From Eledone cirrhosa (lineage: Eukaryota), in assembly GCA_964016885.1 (NCBI GenBank), contig OZ024742.1:151342001-151406000 (forward strand): a stretch of DNA of 64,000 nt, read 5' to 3'. The first letter of the stretch is position 1, and the number at the start of each line of letters is the position of its first letter. The position numbers and the translations under genes are program-made. The notes beneath the pieces are model-generated. The model saw only the letters and a program-made list of their open reading frames with translations. It searched no databases and was not told the DNA's origin. Shown one piece after another: positions 56,967-64,000 of this stretch.

Positions 56967-57282
56967 GTAGTAGTGTTTTTCGAAATCAAACGATATCACA
57001 CTGCCCTGGAGTAATGCAAATCGAATCATTCCGACCGCCCAAGCCATTCATTCGATGAAATCAGGAATATATTTCCGAATCAGATTGGACTCCTTTAATA
57101 TAGTGGGGAGACGACGGTACACAACTAAACAAAAGAGGTTATTAACAAAATTAAATTATTAATAATATTAATATATATATACATGGATCTGTTATTGTCA
57201 AAAACGCGCACTCTTACAGCTTATACAGACCAACAACAACTAACACACAATATACACATACATATGCTCACAGCTTCGTACT

Positions 57283-57742
57283 TACAAACACATATACACA
57301 CACTCTCCTAAACTTACAAACACATATATACACACACTCTCCTAAACTTACAAACACATACACACACACTCTCCTAAACTTACAAACACATATACACACA
57401 CACTCTCCTAAACTTACAAACACATATACACACACTCTCCTAAACTTACAAACACATATACACACACACTCTCCTAAACTTACAAACACATATACACACA
57501 CACTCTCCTAAACTTACAAACACATATACACACACTCTCCTAAACTTACAAACACATATACACACACACTCTCCTAAACTTACAAACACATATACACACA
57601 CTCTCCTAAACTTACAAACACATATACACACACTCTCCTAAACTTACAAACACATATACACACACTCTCCTAAACTTACAAACACATATACACACACTCT
57701 CCTAAACTTAGAAACACATATACACACACTCTCCTAAACTTA
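57283..57742 (+). repeat. 32/34-bp minisatellite (~14 units, TACAAACACATATACACACACTCTCCTAAACT)
   Basis: Directly visible; lies in the first of two tandem copies (57175-57857 / 57870-58097). Confidence 0.92.
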
Positions 57743-58267
57743 CATATACGCACACATAACCTCCAAGCTTCGTACAGACGTATAACAAAAACACACAGGC
57801 ACACGCACGCGCAAACGCACGCGCACGCGCACACGCACGCGCACACGTTCTATATACAAAATAATATTGATATATACATGGTTCTGTTATTGTCAGAAAC
57901 ACACATTCTTACAGCTTATACAGACCAACAACAAACACACACACACACTTATATACACATACATATGCTCACAGCTTCGTACTTACAAACACATATACAC
58001 ACACCTAACCCCCCACCCCCAGCTTCGTACGGATGTATATCACACACATACACACACACACACACACACACGCACATATACACACGTTCTATATAGAAAC
58101 TAATTTTTTCCCCTTTCAGCTAGGGTGTTCGATCTCCGCCCTTTAAAACAACGCCATCATCAGCAGTTTTCCATGAATAGACATGTTTTTCTCTAGATTT
58201 GTTTTTCCGTTTCTACCACTGCTCAGTCTCCTCTATCTTCCTATTTCTTCTTTAATTTCTCATTCTA

Positions 58268-58303
58268 TTTTCTAATGAAAGACTAGCGTCCGAAACGTTA
58301 AAA
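58268..58303 (+). ncRNA. Degenerate minimal hammerhead
   Basis: TTTT-CTAATGA-AAGAC TAGC GTCC-GAAA-CG-TT-AAAA in a repeat ending at (AT)n. Confidence 0.45.
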
Positions 58304-58400
58304 CTTTTTTCATTCTATATCAAACATAAAACTAATAATATATTTCTTCATTGTACTATGTCGTTTTATTTGTTATTTCTGCTTGCTTTTTGCATATAAT

Positions 58401-58447
<47 letters not shown>

Positions 58448-58454
<7 letters not shown>

Positions 58455-58863
58455 AGATCAAAAGATGGTTAAAGGAGTTCCATGTATTTTATTATGCGCA
58501 TTTCAAAAACAAACATCATCATGCAATAATATTTGTGTTTTCATCAGATAAAACAGGAGGACATGATATGAAGGCTAAAAAACACTTGTGGATAGTGCAG
58601 TTATGATATGTTGATTTAAAACTGCACTATCCACAAGTGTTTTTTAGCCTTCATATCATGTCCTCCTGTTTTATCTGATGAAAACACAAATATTATTGCA
58701 TGATGATGTTTGTTTTTGAAATGCGCATAATAAAATACATGGAACTCCTTTAACCATCTTTTGATCTTATATATTATGTATACTCCAGTCCTACAAACTG
58801 TAGAGTGCTTCTTATCCGATATCTGCATTGCTTTATTGTACTACAATAAAACTCACCTCCTAC
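58448..58863. mobile_element. Fold-back hammerhead element family C, copy 2 (hammerheads 58485-58555 minus, 58667-58737 plus)
   Basis: Same ends and fold point as 22404-22857; intact CTGATGA...GAAA-TGCGCA-TA. Confidence 0.9.
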
Positions 58864-59154
58864 ATATATATATATATACAAACAAAAAAATACGGGTTAG
58901 TAGGCGAGGCTGTGTGGTTACTGAAATCGAAGTGTTAGAAGGTAATCGGGACACAAACAAGAGAGGAAAAGTTTCCCTTCGTCAGCTGCTAACTACGGAT
59001 GTGTGCGTGTGTGTGTATACATGTTTCCGTAAATGTAAAGCCGTATATTAAATAAAGTGTTCAGGCTGAACGTCGGATGTAAAACCCCCCTCGCGACCAG
59101 CAAACCACAACTCCATGAATTATTCCTAAGTTATAATCATCCTAGAATATAAGT

Positions 59155-59480
59155 GGACACAGCACGGCCGAATGGTTAAGGAATTCGATTCCACTGATTA
59201 GCATCGGTTAACAAAGTCTCGGGTTGACACATGCCTTGCGTGTGAAATTGAGTAGACGGAAACAGGTTGGAAGCCCGTCGGCTAGACTATTGTTATATCT
59301 CAAAAAGCCCGCCTTGTTTCATATTGGGTCACATTGAATTTCCTCCATGAAAATGACGTCACAGGTATACACGTCAGGGGAATGTTCAGCCACTAACAAG
59401 TTAATTTCATGAAAAGGCTGCTACGTTGATCGAACAACTGTAAAAGTGACAACACTCATCGTCGAAACCGATGGAGGTCC
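59155..59480 (+). mobile_element. Degenerate tRNA-type SINE (second family)
   Basis: GGCCGAATGGTTAAG..TTCGATTCC head. Confidence 0.5.
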
Positions 59481-59809
59481 ATTCTTTAGTTTGTGAGGGT
59501 TAAATGTCAGTCAACCGCATTAACAATAATCTTGTAGAATGCGGTGAACGCCTGATGAGATTCAAGATGATAATGATGATGATGATGATTATGAAGTGGA
59601 AGATGATGATGATGAAGGCGTTCTATTTAACATTCATTCATTAATTCAGATATTATCGCAGCCAATCAAGCAATTATGCAAATTAGATAGTTACCGTCTT
59701 CTGCACTCTTCATTTAACCATTTTTCACTAACCACACGTTTCTTATTTTCTCTTATTTTGCCCTCCCCGCTTTTTCTTGCTTTTCCCCTTTACTAATTTT
59801 GTGAATGAA

Positions 59810-60855
59810 TGTATGAACATATGCGCCTTTGTGAATGCGTGCATATATACGTGTATATGTGTATATGTGTGTGTATGTGTATGTCTGTATGTGTGTATCT
59901 GTGTGTACATGTGGATATGTGTATGTGCATGTACATGTGTATGTGTATATGTGTATATGTGTATATGTGTATATGTGTATGTAAGTATGTGTGTATGTGT
60001 GAATGAGTCCATGTAATATCTGTGTATCTGTGCATGTGTTTCTGTGTATGTACGCGTGCGTACATGTGTATGTGTTTGTGTGTATGTGTGTATGTGTGTG
60101 TACATGTGTATGTGTGTATGTGTGTACGCGTGCGTACATGTGTATGTGTTTGTGTGTATGTGTGTATGTGTGTATGTGTGTGTACATGTGTATGTGTGTA
60201 TATGTGTATGTGTGTATGTGTGCGTACATGTGTATATGTGTATGTGTGCATGTGTGAATACGTGCATGTATATATGTGTATGTGTGCATGTGTGCGTGCA
60301 TGTGTGCGTGTATGTGTTTCTGTGTATGTACGCGTGCGTACATGTGTATGTGTGTATGTGTATATGTGTATGTGTGTATGTGTGTATATGTGCGTACATG
60401 TGTATGTGTATGTGTGTATGTGTATATGTGTATGTGTGTGTATATGTGTATGTGTGCGTGCATGTGTGTATGTGTGCATATGTGTAGGTGTGTATGCGTG
60501 CAGGTGATTCTGTGTATGTACGCGTGCGTACATGTGTATGTGTGCATGTGTGTATGTGTGTATATGTGCGTACATGTGTATGTGTATATGTGCATGTGTG
60601 TATGTGTGTATGTATGTACGCGTGCGTACATGTGTATGTGTGCATGTGTGTATGTGTGTATATGTGCGTACATGTGTATGTGTATATGTGCATGTGTGTA
60701 TGTGTGTATGTATGTACGCGTGCGTACATGTGTATGTGTATATGTGCATGTGTGTATGTGTGTATGTGTGCGTACATGTGTATGTGTATACTTGTATATG
60801 TATATGTATGTATATGTGTATGTATGCGTGCATGTGTACGTGTGTATGTGCGTGC
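59810..60855. repeat. ~1-kb complex (TG/TA/CG) microsatellite with higher-order units
   Basis: Recurrent GTACGCGTGCGTACATGTGTATG motif in an alternating purine-pyrimidine tract. Confidence 0.9.
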
Positions 60856-61091
60856 TCGTATTTTTAACACTCCGTTAGTTGATTATTTCCCAACGTGTTA
60901 TGTTCCACAATTTATAAAGCCGTTTATGTTGGCCAATCGTATCGTTTGATTTCCTCACCTCTGCCATCAGTTACTTCCGTTTATTGAAGCAATCAGTTTA
61001 AGCTTTAATCGTTCATTTCTCTGTTCCCCTTTTAGTCTATCTTCTCTCAAAATGTCTTTCTTTTTTTTCTTACTTTCGCTCAAGTTATGTA

Positions 61092-61174
<83 letters not shown>

Positions 61175-61255
61175 TGTGGCTAATAAAGAAACATATATAT
61201 ATATATATTTATATAAACAACGAAAAACAAGGCCAAATGATTCAAATATTATATG

Positions 61256-61293
<38 letters not shown>

Positions 61294-61373
61294 TATACAC
61301 ACACACATATATATATACATATATATATGTACATATGTATATATATATATATACACACATATATATGTATATA

Positions 61374-61414
<41 letters not shown>

Positions 61415-61937
61415 TCACATATATAGTGAGAGAGAAAGAGAAAGAGAGAGGGAGGGAGAGAGAGAAAGAGAGAAAGAGAGAAAGAGAGAAAGGGAGAAAG
61501 AGAGAAAGAGAGAAAGAGAGAAAGAGAGAAAGAGAGAAAGAGAGATAGAGCGAAACAAAGAGAGTGAGAGAGAGAGTGAGAGATACATAGGAAGAGAGAA
61601 GGTGAGATATTTTTCTTTCTTTCTCTTAAGTGTTAAATGATTCCCAAAATGGACACTGATTGGACTTAAAATTGACAATTTGAAATAAAATTACTTTAAA
61701 TAGTTTCATCATTCCACCAACGTAGTTAGTTTTTCCTTTATTTAAATTTGACGACGGTTTTCGTTTGTTCTTCTTTTGTTTGCTCTTATTTTTTGTATTT
61801 TAAATCTTTAAAGTCTATTTAATACTTTTATTTAAAACATTCGTTTTTCTTTCTTGATTAAAAAAAAATATATACATTTTGATTTCCTTAATAAACGGTA
61901 ATTTAAAAGAATATAGCAAACACACAGACTCTTGAAT

Positions 61938-62024
<87 letters not shown>

Positions 62025-62191
62025 GTATGTATCTATCTATCAATTTATCTATTTATCTATTTATTTTTGTTATATTTTATATTTTTATATTTTGTTATTG
62101 CCTCCTCCTTATTGAGGACGCCTTTTTATGTAAACTCCCCCCATTGTACTTGTCCCACTCTTTGATGCCCTGATGGCAAATAAAAAGAAAG

Positions 62192-62240
<49 letters not shown>

Positions 62241-62252
<12 letters not shown>

Positions 62253-63642
62253 AACTGATTGTTGGCCGGAGAGAAAGGTGTCTGACCTCAGCCCTTTCAA
62301 CCTTGTCCACCATACAACCTCTTTCGCGATAGCTATCACACAAAGGAAAACCGCCTCTCCTTCGTTTTTGAAGGAGGGTGGCGGTTTGATCATGACAATG
62401 GACTCGGTGGTCAACCGGATTGGTCCCACCCGCGACAATAGTCGTTCTACATATCCCCACAGGTCAGTGACGCCCGGGCAGTGTATGAATGCGTGCGCGA
62501 CGGTTTCTTCGTCTCGCACGCACCTCGGACAGATCTTTTTTGCAGGGTCCCTGCCCGGGCGCCCATGTCTGTAGAGCTTGTCTCGAACTGGTAGAGCTCC
62601 TCGGTAGCACTGCCAGGCCAGGGACTTTTGGAAGTTGTCCATCGGTCCCGGGCGGAAGGTCCTACCGAACAGACTGGCCAGTTCATCTTCCTCCACGCCT
62701 AGAGTTTCACCGAGCGCGTCGTCGCACTTGCTGCGGACCAACCCTCTATAGAATGACGAAGTGGAGTCTCCACTGATCGCCGGGTCCGCCTGCCAGAGGG
62801 CTGTGAGCGCCTGAGCACATTCGATGTGCCAGTCGCCCATTTTCCTCGGTCTCTGCTTGACCCAGGACTGCAGCTCGGTCAGTGAGACGAGTCGTGGGAA
62901 GGCTCGCCTCACGAACGGGGCCCACACCGGTTGTCCGGTGAGGAATACGTAGAGATGCCGCAGCCTGAGCGCGTGTTTGCGCATCGTCAACCACGGCATC
63001 CCCAGCCCTCCGTTAGAAGGGTGTTGGCAGCAGATGGATCTTCTTACCAAAGGAGCCCGCCTCTTCCAAAGGAATCGGAAGAGGGCGCGCTCCATTTTGG
63101 CGAGCGTTTTGGCTGGACAAGGCACGACGGTCAAGCGGTAGTAGATGGCGGACGCTATAAAAGTGTTCGCCACCTCCGCTCGACCTTTCAAGGATAGTTT
63201 GCACTCGGCCCACTTCTGGGTGAGTGCAAACACCTTGGCCGTCACTTCGTTCCAACAACTGATTCTTTTTTTCAAATACCACTTTGGAAGAAGAATCAGG
63301 ATGGAGAGAGAGGTGCTGTACCCCAGCAAGTTTTATGAAAGGTGGGTGAAAGTGGCGAGAATGGCCCGAGTGAATGGGCCTTCTCTCTATATCAGCCTGT
63401 AGATTGAGGAAAAGGAGGAGGAGAGGAAAGGAGTACAAGCTCTTCGTACTCCTGGAGATGAGGGTTGCACATTTTTTTCGGGGGTATGTGTTACCCATAT
63501 AAACTGTCTCCCTCTATTGGGGAAAATCGACTAACTTTTAAATTCCATCTGTGATAACATTTTACACGTTTTTATTGTATGTAAACTTCCCCCTTTGTAT
63601 TTGTCCCCTTCTTTTGTGCCCCTGTGGCTAATAAAGAAATAT
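62241..63642. mobile_element. L1/Tx1-like LINE 3' portion with 5' inversion (minus 62241-63252, plus 63252-63642)
   Basis: LSLKGRAEVAN..LFRFLW..GGLG; WQCYRGALP..CPRC..ETVAHAFIHC. The minus-strand ..SGQQ continues on the plus strand as QQLILFFKY; the 3' UTR ends AATAAAGAAA. Confidence 0.9.
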
Positions 63643-63648
63643 ATCTAT

Positions 63649-64000
63649 CAACTGATTCTTTTTTTCAAATACCACTTTGGAAGAAGAATCAGGATGGAGA
63701 GAGAGGTGCTGTACCCCAGCAAGTTTTATGAAAGGTGGGTGAAAGTGGCGAGAATGGCCCGAGTGAATGGGCCTTCTCTCTATATCAGCCCGTAGGTTGA
63801 GGAAAAGGAGAAGGAGAGGAAAGGAGTACAAACTCTTCGTACTCCTGGAGATGAGGGTTGCACATTTTTTCGGGGGTATGTGTTACCCATATAAACTGTC
63901 TCCCTATATTGGGGAAAATCGACTAACTTTTAAATTCCATCTGTGATAACATTTTACACGTTTTTATTGTATGTAAACTTCCCCCTTTGTATTTGTCCCC
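63649..64000 (+). mobile_element. Second copy of the same L1/Tx1-like 3' end (runs off window)
   Basis: Near-identical to 63257-63609. Confidence 0.9.

Noticed and set aside
57283-57742. CRISPR-like 32-34 bp periodicity (also the 69-bp array and SINE arrays)
   Set aside because: There are no unique spacers and no cas genes, and the context is eukaryotic.

Overview
Repeat-dominated eukaryotic DNA. It is most likely an octopod cephalopod, inferred from my recognition of the abundant tRNA-type SINE and the very high (AT)n/(CA)n/(AG)n density. No host gene can be called with confidence; there is one weak exon candidate. Recognisable transposon remains are two Penelope-like element (PLE) families (RT + GIY-YIG, pseudo-LTRs), a near full-length R4/Dong-like LINE, CRE-, RTE- and L1/Tx1-like LINE fragments, a scrambled Helitron, a Chapaev3-type DNA transposon with intact ends, and many SINEs. 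The most striking signal is invisible in the ORF track. At least a dozen sequence-unrelated short elements, mostly non-coding, sit between (AT)n tracts. Most are fold-back (inverted-repeat) structures with two outward-facing 3' ends, and most carry a type I hammerhead ribozyme fold (CUGANGA...GAAA-palindrome-UH). One of them is a circularly permuted ~533-nt monomer that starts at its own predicted cleavage site. This looks like a diverse PLE-mobilised retrozyme/pLTR ecosystem. All ribozyme calls come from pairing read by eye, and coordinates are approximate to a few bases.
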